Positions 25,758 through 34,340 of a DNA stretch of 61,554 nucleotides are shown piece by piece; position 1 is the stretch's first letter; each line of letters starts with the position of its first letter. Under the pieces are notes generated by a model. It was not told where the DNA came from. It saw nothing but the letters and a program-made list of their open reading frames with translations, and did no database searches. The DNA lies in assembly GCA_937942165.1 (NCBI GenBank), contig CALDFW010000106.1, positions 1 through 61,554 on the forward strand, given 5' to 3'. The stretch comes from an uncultured bacterium. Its GTDB lineage: Bacteria; Latescibacterota; UBA2968; UBA8231. A program made the translations under genes and the position numbers.

Positions 25758-28109
25758 TTAAGCTGCGCGGCGTATCGCCTTGCCTTCTATACAAGCAGCA
25801 AAGACTTCGTCCAATTCGCCGACCAGCACAAAGTCTATATTCCGTCGAATTTTAGATGGGATATCTTCCAAATCGCGCTCGTTCGCACGCGGCAGTATCA
25901 CTCTTTTCAGACCCGATCGATGTGCGGCCAATACTTTCTCTTTAATCCCTCCCACTGGCAATACCCGTCCGCGCAGCGTAACTTCTCCGGTCATAGCCAC
26001 ATCGTCACGCACGGAGCGTCTCGTGAGTAGAGACAGCAGAGCCGTTGTAACGGCCACGCCAGCAGAAGGTCCATCCTTGGGTATGGCACCAGCCGGAAGG
26101 TGAATGTGAATATCATGGGTATCAAAGAAATCGTCTTTTATATTCCACGTTGCGGCGTGAGTTCGAATATAAGACAGGGCTATTTGGGCCGACTCTCGCA
26201 TTACGTCACCAAGCTGCCCCGTTAGCGTGAGCCCTTTTCCTCCTCTCATTTGGGTTGCTTCAACATACATTACCTCTCCACCCACCGGAGTCCAAGCTAA
26301 ACCAGCCACTAAACCCGGCATGCCTAGCTCCTCTGTAGCAGATTCACGTACCGAGACAGGCCCAAGGTAACTCCCTAATCGGTCTATAGTTACCGAAAAT
26401 GGACCCCGCTTACCCCGTACGACCTCACGCGCAATTTTTCTACAAAGGCGCCCCACCTCACGTTCCAAGTTACGCACGCCGGCTTCCTGAGTATATCCGC
26501 GAATAAGTTGACGAATTACCGGTTCCCCTATCGAGACCTTGCGGCGGGCTAAGCCGTGTTCGCGCAGCTGTTTACCCAAGATGTGATTTTGCACGATATG
26601 TACTTTCTCGTCTTCGGTATAACCGGAGAGCTGAATTACTTCCAACCGATCGCGGAGTGCCGGTGGAATGGTATCAAGCTGATTGGCGGTGGCTATAAAA
26701 GTTACATCGGAGAGATCAAACGAAACGTCTAGGTAATGATCCATAAAGCTGCTGTTCTGCTCGGGATCGAGCACCTCCAGTAGGGCGGCAGCAGGATCAC
26801 CGCGAAAATCTGAACCCAGTTTGTCCAGTTCGTCCAGCATAAACACCGGGTTCTTGGTTCCCACTTTTCGCAGCGATTGAATTATACGCCCAGGCAGCGC
26901 TCCAATATAGGTTCGTCGATGGCCGCGTATCTCGGATTCATCGCGGACTCCGCCGAGCGAAATGCGGACAAATTTACGCCCCATAGCGCGTGCGATCGAT
27001 CGTCCCAACGAAGTCTTTCCCACCCCAGGTGGCCCCACAAAACAAAAGATCGGTCCTCTTGAAGACTTCTTCAGCTGGCGCACCGAGAGGAACTCAAGCA
27101 CTCGTTCCTTCACGCTTTCTAATCCCTCGTGATCGGCATCTAACACACGCCGCCCCCGTTCTAAATCCCCACGTTCAGGAGACTTCTTGTACCATGGCAT
27201 ATCTAAAAGGCATTCTAAATAAGTGCGTGCTATCGAATATTCTGCCGCACTTTCAGCCATATGAGATAGACGATCAAATTCTCTCTGTGCTTCCCGACGC
27301 ACCTCTTTGGGCAGCTTGGATCTCTTTAAACGGCGTCGCAAACGGTCTAACTCCCCATCGCCATCACCCAATTCTTCTTGTATCACTCGGAGCTGCTCAC
27401 GCAAATAGTGTTCGCGCTGGGCCTGTCCCATTTCCTCCTGAATTTGCCCTTGGATCTGATTCCCCATCTCCAGAACTGATAGTTCCCGGTTGAGTAACCA
27501 GTTGAGACGCCGCAGGCGTGCGACGACCGATCTCTCCACAATGAGCGCCTGTTTCTCAGCAGCAGAGAGGTCTAACCCAGATGCTACGAAATCAGCCAGA
27601 TGGCCCGGATTCTTCTCCAGATTGACCGCTGTAATCTGCAATTCCTCACCCAGTTTTGGCACGAGTCCCACCATTTTTTGGAATTGCTGTGAAAGATTGT
27701 AGGCAAGGGCCTGTTCCTCTTGACTATCAACTAATTCGTCATCTATCGGCGTCCCCTTCGCCATTATATAGGGCTCTCTCTGTGTGAATTCGTCCATGTG
27801 CACACGCTGAAGACCCCGTACTACAAGCTGCATATTGCCATCAGGCAGTTTAAATGCCCTCTCAATCTCAGCTACGATGCCCACCTCGTGCAGATGTTCC
27901 CACTCGGGAAGCTCTTCGCGGTCGTCTTTCTGTAACACCGCGAATAGACGCTTTTGTCCGGCAAGTATGTCCGCCACAAGGGCAAGTGAACTTTCACGAC
28001 CTATGAGTATTTGAGACGGCATACCGGGAAAAATCACCACATTGCGGAGCGGCAATACGGGAAGTTCACGCGGGCTTTTATCTACAGCGGGTGACTTTGT
28101 ATTCTTCAT
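25758..28109 (-). CDS. lon: ATP-dependent Lon protease (LonA)
   Basis: 783 aa. LON N-domain (LPVLPLRNVVIFPGM), Walker A GPPGVGKTS, Walker B FMLDELDK, and the protease Ser-Lys site (PKDGPSAGVA ... GGIKEKVLAA). Confidence 0.96.
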   Translation of the reverse strand: MKNTKSPAVDKSPRELPVLPLRNVVIFPGMPSQILIGRESSLALVADILAGQKRLFAVLQKDDREELPEWEHLHEVGIVAEIERAFKLPDGNMQLVVRGLQRVHMDEFTQREPYIMAKGTPIDDELVDSQEEQALAYNLSQQFQKMVGLVPKLGEELQITAVNLEKNPGHLADFVASGLDLSAAEKQALIVERSVVARLRRLNWLLNRELSVLEMGNQIQGQIQEEMGQAQREHYLREQLRVIQEELGDGDGELDRLRRRLKRSKLPKEVRREAQREFDRLSHMAESAAEYSIARTYLECLLDMPWYKKSPERGDLERGRRVLDADHEGLESVKERVLEFLSVRQLKKSSRGPIFCFVGPPGVGKTSLGRSIARAMGRKFVRISLGGVRDESEIRGHRRTYIGALPGRIIQSLRKVGTKNPVFMLDELDKLGSDFRGDPAAALLEVLDPEQNSSFMDHYLDVSFDLSDVTFIATANQLDTIPPALRDRLEVIQLSGYTEDEKVHIVQNHILGKQLREHGLARRKVSIGEPVIRQLIRGYTQEAGVRNLEREVGRLCRKIAREVVRGKRGPFSVTIDRLGSYLGPVSVRESATEELGMPGLVAGLAWTPVGGEVMYVEATQMRGGKGLTLTGQLGDVMRESAQIALSYIRTHAATWNIKDDFFDTHDIHIHLPAGAIPKDGPSAGVAVTTALLSLLTRRSVRDDVAMTGEVTLRGRVLPVGGIKEKVLAAHRSGLKRVILPRANERDLEDIPSKIRRNIDFVLVGELDEVFAACIEGKAIRRAA

Positions 28110-28156
28110 TCAAAACACCTGATTAAATGTTGTATTTTTCGTTTCAATAGGCATTA

Positions 28157-28172
28157 GGCAATATCTGTGCCT
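28157..28172 (-). promoter_or_regulatory. Candidate sigma-54 (-24/-12) promoter upstream of lon
   Basis: The minus strand 28172->28157 reads AGGCACAGATATTGCC. This matches TGGCAC-N5-TTGC(A/T) at 9 of 11 specified positions, including the invariant GG and GC with exact spacing. The -12 C lies 49 nt upstream of the lon ATG. An AGGTG ribosome-binding site sits 6 nt before the ATG. Confidence 0.45.
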
Positions 28173-28192
28173 GTAGATTTACAAGAGAATTA

Positions 28193-28260
28193 TGCCATTA
28201 TGGCAAATTATAAATGACAGTATGTTATTTCATGGCATCAAAGCTCGAAGATGTGATGCC
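28193..28260. promoter_or_regulatory. Two inverted repeats sharing an ATGGCA/TGCCAT half-site (candidate activator or repressor binding sites)
   Basis: IR1 is TGCCAT-t-ATGGCA (28193-28205). IR2 is GGCATCA-N13-TGATGCC (28234-28240 / 28254-28260), with ATGGCA at 28232-28237. A further TGCCAT lies at 28294-28299. All fall in the 263-nt lon / PilZ-like divergent intergenic region. Confidence 0.35.
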
Positions 28261-28292
28261 GATATAAGACAATAGGTAAGGTCGGAGTCTGC

Positions 28293-28321
28293 TTGCCATT
28301 GTAAGTAGTTTTATATATTAT
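28293..28321 (+). promoter_or_regulatory. Candidate sigma-70-type promoter for the PilZ-like gene
   Basis: TTGCCA (28293-28298), a 17-nt spacer, TATTAT (28316-28321), about 50 nt upstream of the ORF start. Pattern match only. Confidence 0.35.
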
Positions 28322-28372
28322 AGTTTTGTAAAGTTTTTCTCTTTAAAAATCCGCTATTTTTCTCGTACGGAT

Positions 28373-29905
28373 GTGCATGACGGAGTCCTCTTTTCAATGT
28401 TTGATTTTCTTACCGGTCGAAAAAAGCAGGGATCGACTTTTAAGCCACAGCAGGAAGTAACTAAGCTGGTGGAACTGAGTCCCCCCTCTGCTTTGCTCTT
28501 CTTAGCAGAAGATGAGAGCAAGGACCTGAATGAAGCACTTGGAAAAGCCTTTTTCCTTCGCAAAGAGAAAAAACTCTACACAGAGAATAGCCATCTCTAT
28601 ATGACGACGCCTGATAATTTAAAGATCGCCAAAGATCAAAACCTAACTTCTCAGCACGTATCGCTGCAGTTTATGAACAAGCGTATTCCCTATCGCTTGG
28701 ACTGCAAAATAGTAGGGCGCTTTCGACTCCTGCCAGAAATCGTTGAAACTCTTGACTTTAACGCGAAATCAGCCTACAAGCTAATACCCACAAGTACGTT
28801 AAAGAAACAGGACCAACGGCAGTTTTTCCGCTATACACTGAAAAACTACGGCGATTCTCGCATTCCCTTAACGACTCATATAGGCTTCGACCTATATATT
28901 CGCAAAACAGATCAAACATTTCCTACCGAAGGTGCCCCACCAGTCATACTAAAAGATATCGTCCCCATTGATTTCGAAGAGGTTGAGGAGGGAGACCAGC
29001 AGTTTGCAACGCGCGATGCTATCAATGCATTTCGCGAGCTCATGCTTAAGAAACAGCCACACGACCGCACGGTCTCTGCAAGTAAAGTAGAGAAAGACGA
29101 TTCAACCAGTCTAATGAAGCGCAAAGACGAAGAGCTATTGCTGGGCGAGCTCAACCTTCTTGGCTTAGAGATGGAGTCGCTGCGCGATGTGTTATACTTA
29201 AAGAAATCGGCAAAAGCTCAGTTAAAAAAAGGTAAGGAAAACCCCTTTGCTATGAAGCCAGGGGAAAAAGTAATCACCAACTTTACGCACAGCAATGAAT
29301 ACTACCAAATGCTCGTAGAAGTGATGGAGGCCCGGACGCAAAACGAGACTGTGCGACCGGTAGAGTTACCCCGAAAGGAAACGGGCCTAAAGACAGACTT
29401 GATCGATTACAGTGTCGGCGGCGCACTGATTGAAAGTAGTCCAGAGTTCCTTCAGTTTGTGCTGGGTGATCAATGCCCGACTAACGTCGATACGGAAATA
29501 GATTTTGAGGGCGAATACTGGGAGGAAGCATTCAGACAACTACAGTTCCCAATACTTCACTTCACCTTCTATCCTAAGATTCATTTCCCAGATGCGGTGC
29601 AACGCTTCAAACCCGAATTGCCCTTTAAAATCCGCGTTCTAGCGCAGATTGTTCGAACTCGCGTACATCAGGTTGGCGAGCGCAAAATACTACAACACGG
29701 TGTGCAGTTTTGTTATGAACCGCAGGGAATTCCGCTGTATAAAAACGATGGTAATGACTGGCGTTATAGCCGCTATATACGCGACAATGAGCACTTTAAA
29801 AAAGCCCACAGCCAATTAAGTCAGTTATACGGCTACTTAGAAAACCAAAGTATGTCAAGAGGCTCAACTGATCGGAAGCGCCGTCGCCCCGAGAAAGAAA
29901 CGTAA
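28373..29905 (+). CDS. Hypothetical protein with PilZ-like C-terminal beta-barrel (candidate c-di-GMP receptor, atypical motif spacing)
   Basis: 510 aa. The start is GTG at 28373, with an alternative ATG at 28397 (MFDFLTG). A DxSxxG motif in classic context (TDLIDYSVGGALIES, 29405-29422) is followed by a PilZ-like tail (KIRVLAQIVRTRVHQVGERKILQHGVQFCYE). The only RxxxR motif (RQFFR, 28817-28831) lies 192 aa upstream. The N-terminal part is YcgR-N-like (VSLQFMNKRIPYRLDCKIVGRF). Confidence 0.5.
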   Translation: MHDGVLFSMFDFLTGRKKQGSTFKPQQEVTKLVELSPPSALLFLAEDESKDLNEALGKAFFLRKEKKLYTENSHLYMTTPDNLKIAKDQNLTSQHVSLQFMNKRIPYRLDCKIVGRFRLLPEIVETLDFNAKSAYKLIPTSTLKKQDQRQFFRYTLKNYGDSRIPLTTHIGFDLYIRKTDQTFPTEGAPPVILKDIVPIDFEEVEEGDQQFATRDAINAFRELMLKKQPHDRTVSASKVEKDDSTSLMKRKDEELLLGELNLLGLEMESLRDVLYLKKSAKAQLKKGKENPFAMKPGEKVITNFTHSNEYYQMLVEVMEARTQNETVRPVELPRKETGLKTDLIDYSVGGALIESSPEFLQFVLGDQCPTNVDTEIDFEGEYWEEAFRQLQFPILHFTFYPKIHFPDAVQRFKPELPFKIRVLAQIVRTRVHQVGERKILQHGVQFCYEPQGIPLYKNDGNDWRYSRYIRDNEHFKKAHSQLSQLYGYLENQSMSRGSTDRKRRRPEKET

Positions 29906-29922
29906 AAAAAGCGTATAGGCTC

Positions 29923-31320
29923 TTAGCCTTCTTCTTTCCTTTTTTTCGCAGCAACTCGGTCTTTAAAAGCAGAACGAATCTTGTCGTCTGTAAATTCGTG
30001 TTTCCGCTCAGCAATCCTTCCTTGTACGGACGCCACAAGCTTCTCACTCGTGCGTTTTTCATCTTCCGGCTTTTCATCTTCTCGAAAACATTGGCTGATT
30101 GCAATCAGTAGTTTGCTGTACGTGTACTGGTTCTCCGAACCGGGGTGAAGAGTATAAGGAGGCATAAATTGTAACCCCCGCTCCATACTATTCTTTGAAC
30201 GCTCTTCCACCAGATCTCGCGGAAAAACGCGAAACTTCAGTCGAAACTGTTCTTTTGACTCTGCAACGCGCTCTAAGATCAAGGGAATAAATACTTCTTC
30301 TTCTTTTCCAACTTTCCGATTAAAGGTTCGCAGTAAACCTTCTTTAACATTTTCAGCGATGTTAAAGTGGACCAAGAACCCGACAAACGTATTTATTTCA
30401 CGTAGATAATTATTCGGCTTGCTCACCATTACCTGTAATAGCTTGTCGTATTCTATCCCACCAAGTAAATCTTCTTTTAAGGTAATTGTAATCTCACCTA
30501 AATTACCAAACTCAACTATCTGGAGATTCTCAATGTGTTTAACCGCTGCCTGACCAATATATTTATCTAGAGGTTCGCGGATACTTTTAAAAAATGGGCC
30601 CTGCGTGCTACGTTGGGCCCATCCACCACCGCCGGGAATGCAGTATAATTGCGCATTGCTAATATATCTATCCAACACATCACGCCGTATACTTCCTGGG
30701 CCGTTCGGCATTGATGTGACACTGTCAACGCGCACTTCAATAATATCTTCGCCTCGAACAATCACATCTTTGGAGAGCTTAGACTGCGCCTCTTCCCGAG
30801 TGCCCACCCAAGGTTTATCTGGGTTATCTGGGCTTTCAGCTACGTAGAAACTCTTGCGCAGAAAATACGCTTTACCCACAAAGTAAATCGGCTTATGAGC
30901 ACCCTCAACTTCTGCTGTATAGCTCAGTTGCAGTGGCTCACCTGGCTTGAGTAAGCGGTCAGTAGGCTCAAAACTTCCCCCAGCAACACCCTTTGGAAAG
31001 GTGATAAAAAAAACCGCCTTGGGCTGTTCTCTAAATTTGCGAAAAACAAAGTCGCGCACAATACCTCGCCCTCGACCATGCTCGACAGACTCTGTCAACA
31101 TACGAGGCCGAACTAAATCGCAGCCTACATCCGAACTACGGAAGGTCATAAAAAGGGACTGCATCTGCTTAGGCTTTACAAAAACCTCGACTACTGAGAA
31201 CGGCGTTTTACCTTCATTGTGCCCCTCAGACGAGACTTCACGACCATCGCTTTTTTTCTTTTTGCGTTTGGTCTTTTTTATCTTCGCAATCTGCTCTTTT
31301 GTGAGTCGGCTCTTATCCAA
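29923..31320 (-). CDS. Hypothetical protein, no recognisable family; Lys-rich termini
   Basis: 465-aa ORF beginning at TTG 31320; the first in-frame ATGs are at 31164 and 31149. N-terminus KIKKTKRKKKKSDG, C-terminus RVAAKKRKEEG, central motif CIPGGGGWAQRS. It is the only long ORF in this interval and lies on the same strand as rlmD, 73 nt downstream. Confidence 0.5.
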   Translation of the reverse strand: MDKSRLTKEQIAKIKKTKRKKKKSDGREVSSEGHNEGKTPFSVVEVFVKPKQMQSLFMTFRSSDVGCDLVRPRMLTESVEHGRGRGIVRDFVFRKFREQPKAVFFITFPKGVAGGSFEPTDRLLKPGEPLQLSYTAEVEGAHKPIYFVGKAYFLRKSFYVAESPDNPDKPWVGTREEAQSKLSKDVIVRGEDIIEVRVDSVTSMPNGPGSIRRDVLDRYISNAQLYCIPGGGGWAQRSTQGPFFKSIREPLDKYIGQAAVKHIENLQIVEFGNLGEITITLKEDLLGGIEYDKLLQVMVSKPNNYLREINTFVGFLVHFNIAENVKEGLLRTFNRKVGKEEEVFIPLILERVAESKEQFRLKFRVFPRDLVEERSKNSMERGLQFMPPYTLHPGSENQYTYSKLLIAISQCFREDEKPEDEKRTSEKLVASVQGRIAERKHEFTDDKIRSAFKDRVAAKKRKEEG

Positions 31321-31393
31321 AACTAACTACACGTCCCATTATATGAATGATAACTTCCACCGTTTACCTGAAACGGTACTGGCTCATCGTTTT

Positions 31394-32743
31394 TCAGTCA
31401 AGCCTTTCTACCTCGCACACGACCTCGCAGTGAGGCGTCTGCGGAAACATGTCAACGGGCTGTACGCGACGAACACCATAACCATAATCCTTCAATATAT
31501 ATAAATTCTCTGCCAATGTCTGAGGGTTACATGATACATACAGTATACGAGCTGGTTTCATCTGACCCAGTGCTGCTAACACATTTTTGTGAAGGCCTGG
31601 CCGAGGTGGATCGACAACCACCAAGTCAAAGTCTTCATCGCGCAGTGAAAGAAGTTCATCTTCGGCCTTTCCTGCGAGAAACAAACAGTTCTTTACATCA
31701 TTGCGCTGTGCGTTTAACCGAGCATCCTCAACGGCTTCTTCAACGACTTCTATACCCAATACATGCTCAGCACGATGGGCTAAGTGTAAACTTATCGATC
31801 CCGTACCGCAGTAAAGATCCAACGTCTTGCCAATTTCTTCTCCTGCCCATTCCGAAATTAAATTATACAAGCGTTCGGCCTGAATGGAATTGGTCTGAAA
31901 GAATGACTGAGGCGAAATATCAAAACGAATAAGTCCACATGACTCTTCAATAACCCCGTCTCCCCAGAGAACAAATTCTTTTTCTCCCTTAGCTACCTGT
32001 GCTTTGCCAGTGTGTAAGGTGATAATAAATGAGTCTATCTCTGGGACTTCTTCCCTCAGGCGATTTGCCAATGTTTCAACTCCACCTTCGGGATAGTTCG
32101 AAACAACCAAGTTCACCAAAACTTGATTACTCTTTTTAGCATCTCGTATTACTAAGAAGCGTAAAAGACCACTGTGCGCTTTTAAATCATATGCGCTCAA
32201 ATCCAACTCATTAGCTAGACGTCGCACGTGCTGCACGATTTTATTGGATAAAGGGGACTGTAGATGGCATGATTCGACGTCGAAAACTCGGTTGAAGCGG
32301 CCTCTCATATGTAGACCGAGTTGTATATTACCATCGCGATCACAGCCGAACGAATATTCCATCTTGTTGCGATAAAAGAAAGGAGCATGACTCGGCATAG
32401 TCGATTCTACTTCAATGTGGTCAAAACCATATTGATTTAGCGCATTCCGAACCATACGCTCTTTTAACAACAGTTGATCCTCGTAGCTTAGGTCCTGCCA
32501 TCGACATCCTCCACACAAACCGAAATGAATACACTGAGCCTCTTTACGTGACATGCCGTAATCGACAAAGCTTGTGATTTCGACATCAGCACGCCCACGT
32601 CTTTTTTTTACAACTCTTCCTCTAATCTTATCTCCAGGTACGGCTCTACGGACAATAATATCTCGGCCTTCGCTAGTTCCGCGCCCATCTCCTTTTGAAT
32701 CCAAATCAACAATATCTATTTCAATTTCGTCACCGCGCTTCAT
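31394..32743 (-). CDS. rlmD: 23S rRNA (uracil-5)-methyltransferase, RumA/RlmD family (TRAM + SAM methyltransferase)
   Basis: I prefer the ATG at 32743 (MKRGDEIEIDIVDLDSKGDGRG, start of the TRAM domain); the ORF-track start is 32803. It has the Fe-S Cys cluster (CIHFGLCGGCRWQ), the SAM motif LDLYCGTGSISL, and the catalytic C-terminal YVSCNPQT. Confidence 0.85.
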   Translation of the reverse strand: MKRGDEIEIDIVDLDSKGDGRGTSEGRDIIVRRAVPGDKIRGRVVKKRRGRADVEITSFVDYGMSRKEAQCIHFGLCGGCRWQDLSYEDQLLLKERMVRNALNQYGFDHIEVESTMPSHAPFFYRNKMEYSFGCDRDGNIQLGLHMRGRFNRVFDVESCHLQSPLSNKIVQHVRRLANELDLSAYDLKAHSGLLRFLVIRDAKKSNQVLVNLVVSNYPEGGVETLANRLREEVPEIDSFIITLHTGKAQVAKGEKEFVLWGDGVIEESCGLIRFDISPQSFFQTNSIQAERLYNLISEWAGEEIGKTLDLYCGTGSISLHLAHRAEHVLGIEVVEEAVEDARLNAQRNDVKNCLFLAGKAEDELLSLRDEDFDLVVVDPPRPGLHKNVLAALGQMKPARILYVSCNPQTLAENLYILKDYGYGVRRVQPVDMFPQTPHCEVVCEVERLD

Positions 32744-32830
32744 AGCTATCTTCTCACCATATAACAAAATGAACGGGACGAGAATTACTCTCGCCCCGTT
32801 CATATACTGTATCTGAAATGTAAGTACGAT

Positions 32831-33250
32831 CTATTCTTCAGCAGTACCTTCGTTTGCCGCAGTCTCTTCTTCGCCAGATCCACCTGCAGCACCCGGCCGA
32901 TCTACCAACTCGATGATACTCATGAAGGTGCCATCGCCACGGCGGGGCCCCAACTTAACGATCCGAGTATATCCCCCATTACGACCTTTGTAGCGAGGCC
33001 CCAATTCGTCGAACAGCTTGGCGACGACCTGCTTGTCAGCGACAAACCGCAACACCTGACGGCGCGCATGCAGATCCCCTCTCTTGGCAAAGGTGATCAT
33101 GTGTTCTGCCGAACGACGTAATTCCTTAGCTCGTGTGTGTGTTGTCGTAATTTTCTCTTCGGACAGAAGCGACGTAACCATATTGGCCATCATTGCTTTT
33201 CTGTGGGAAGGGTTACGACCGAGCTTTGCTATTTTTTTTCCATGTCTCAT
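32831..33250 (-). CDS. rplQ: 50S ribosomal protein L17
   Basis: 139 aa, [20 protein letters not shown]... It follows rpoA as in alpha operons. Confidence 0.95.
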   Translation of the reverse strand: MRHGKKIAKLGRNPSHRKAMMANMVTSLLSEEKITTTHTRAKELRRSAEHMITFAKRGDLHARRQVLRFVADKQVVAKLFDELGPRYKGRNGGYTRIVKLGPRRGDGTFMSIIELVDRPGAAGGSGEEETAANEGTAEE

Positions 33251-33270
33251 CTTTTATCTCTCAACTTGCC

Positions 33271-34287
33271 TTAGAATTCCTCAGCTAGCGGATTGACAGC
33301 ATCCTCGTCAATTTCCACGTTCTCGTACGGTGACAGGTCCATACCCCAATTCAACTTAAGAGTATCAAGTATCTCACCCAGTTCGTTGAGAGACTTCCGA
33401 CCGAAATTACGGTACTTTAGCATCTCGGCCTCACTGCGTCCCACCAGTTCACGCAGATGGGTTATACCGGCTGCTCGCAAACAGTTCGCAGAGCGCACGG
33501 AGAGCTCAAGCTCTTCAACAGGCATGGCCAGTAGTCGGGCAACGCGTTTCGTCTCTTCGTCTACTTCCTTCTCTTCAACTTCTACGGCTTCTTCTTCAAA
33601 GTTGATGAAGAGACTCAAATGCTCCATCATAATCTTAGCAGCTTGCGCCAGCGCATCTTCGGGATTAACCGAACCGTCAGTCCACACTTCTAAGCTAAGG
33701 CGATCGTAGTCAGTCCGACGTCCGACTCGCGCATTCTCAGTATCATACTTAACGTTCGTTACCGGCGAGAACGAACTGTCGATGGGCACCGAGCCAATGG
33801 GCTGGTCAGGGACTTTGTTTTCTTCTGCAAAGCTGTAACCCCGTCCCTGCCCCACGGTCAGTTCCATCGTCAGCGTGGCACCCTCGTCTAACGTTGCGAT
33901 ATGAAGATCAGGATTCAAAATTTGAACATTGGGGTCGACAGCCAAATCGCCTGCAGTCAACGCACCGGCTCCTGTCTTTTCGACCCTGAGCACTCGATCT
34001 TCATCGCCGACGTATCTCAAAGCGACTTCTTTGAGATTCAAAACGATTTCTGGAACGTCTTCGCGCACGCCTTCGACTACAGAGAACTCGTGCTGCACAC
34101 CTTGTACATTAACTTGCGTTATTGCAGCGCCCTGGATGGAAGAAAGCAATATGCGACGCAGGGAATGGCCAAGCGTAACGCCAAAACCCCTTTCTAACGG
34201 CTGCACGACAAATTTACCGTAGGTGTCGTTTAGGCTTTCTTTCTCTATTTCCACCAGCCTCGGCATCTGGAGACCTTCTAACTTCAT
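33271..34287 (-). CDS. rpoA: DNA-directed RNA polymerase subunit alpha
   Basis: 338 aa. N-terminal domain PLERGFGVTLGHSLRRILLSS and C-terminal domain VEELELSVRSANCLRAAGI. Confidence 0.96.
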   Translation of the reverse strand: MKLEGLQMPRLVEIEKESLNDTYGKFVVQPLERGFGVTLGHSLRRILLSSIQGAAITQVNVQGVQHEFSVVEGVREDVPEIVLNLKEVALRYVGDEDRVLRVEKTGAGALTAGDLAVDPNVQILNPDLHIATLDEGATLTMELTVGQGRGYSFAEENKVPDQPIGSVPIDSSFSPVTNVKYDTENARVGRRTDYDRLSLEVWTDGSVNPEDALAQAAKIMMEHLSLFINFEEEAVEVEEKEVDEETKRVARLLAMPVEELELSVRSANCLRAAGITHLRELVGRSEAEMLKYRNFGRKSLNELGEILDTLKLNWGMDLSPYENVEIDEDAVNPLAEEF

Positions 34288-34340
34288 ATAGCCTCTTACT
34301 CCCTAGAATGAGGAGAAATTTTCTCGAATCTCGAAATGAT

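Noticed and set aside
28284-28296. Second sigma-54-like element on the plus strand (GGAGTCTGCTTGC) upstream of the PilZ-like gene
   Set aside because: GG and GC are separated by 9 nt instead of the obligatory 10, and the -24 region lacks the GGCAC core. A sigma-70-like TTGCCA-N17-TATTAT overlapping it is the better explanation.
31359-31377. 7-bp hairpin accgttt-acctg-aaacggt just downstream of rlmD, considered as an intrinsic terminator separating rlmD from the orphan ORF
   Set aside because: There is no U-tract on either strand after the stem, and the stem is short and AT-rich. It is not enough to call a terminator. A nearby TATAAT (31343-31338 on the minus strand) lacks a credible -35.
28110-32803. 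Impression that the PilZ-like gene, the orphan ORF and rlmD form a low-GC (horizontally acquired) island
   Set aside because: My hand counts of individual 60-nt lines gave about 33-50% GC inside the block. Outside it they gave about 32-58%: secY and rplE lines were as low as 32-40%, and Bat-operon lines were 47-58%. The ranges overlap, and no integrase, tRNA junction or direct repeats flank the block. A sliding-window GC and codon-usage calculation would be needed, so I cannot support the claim.
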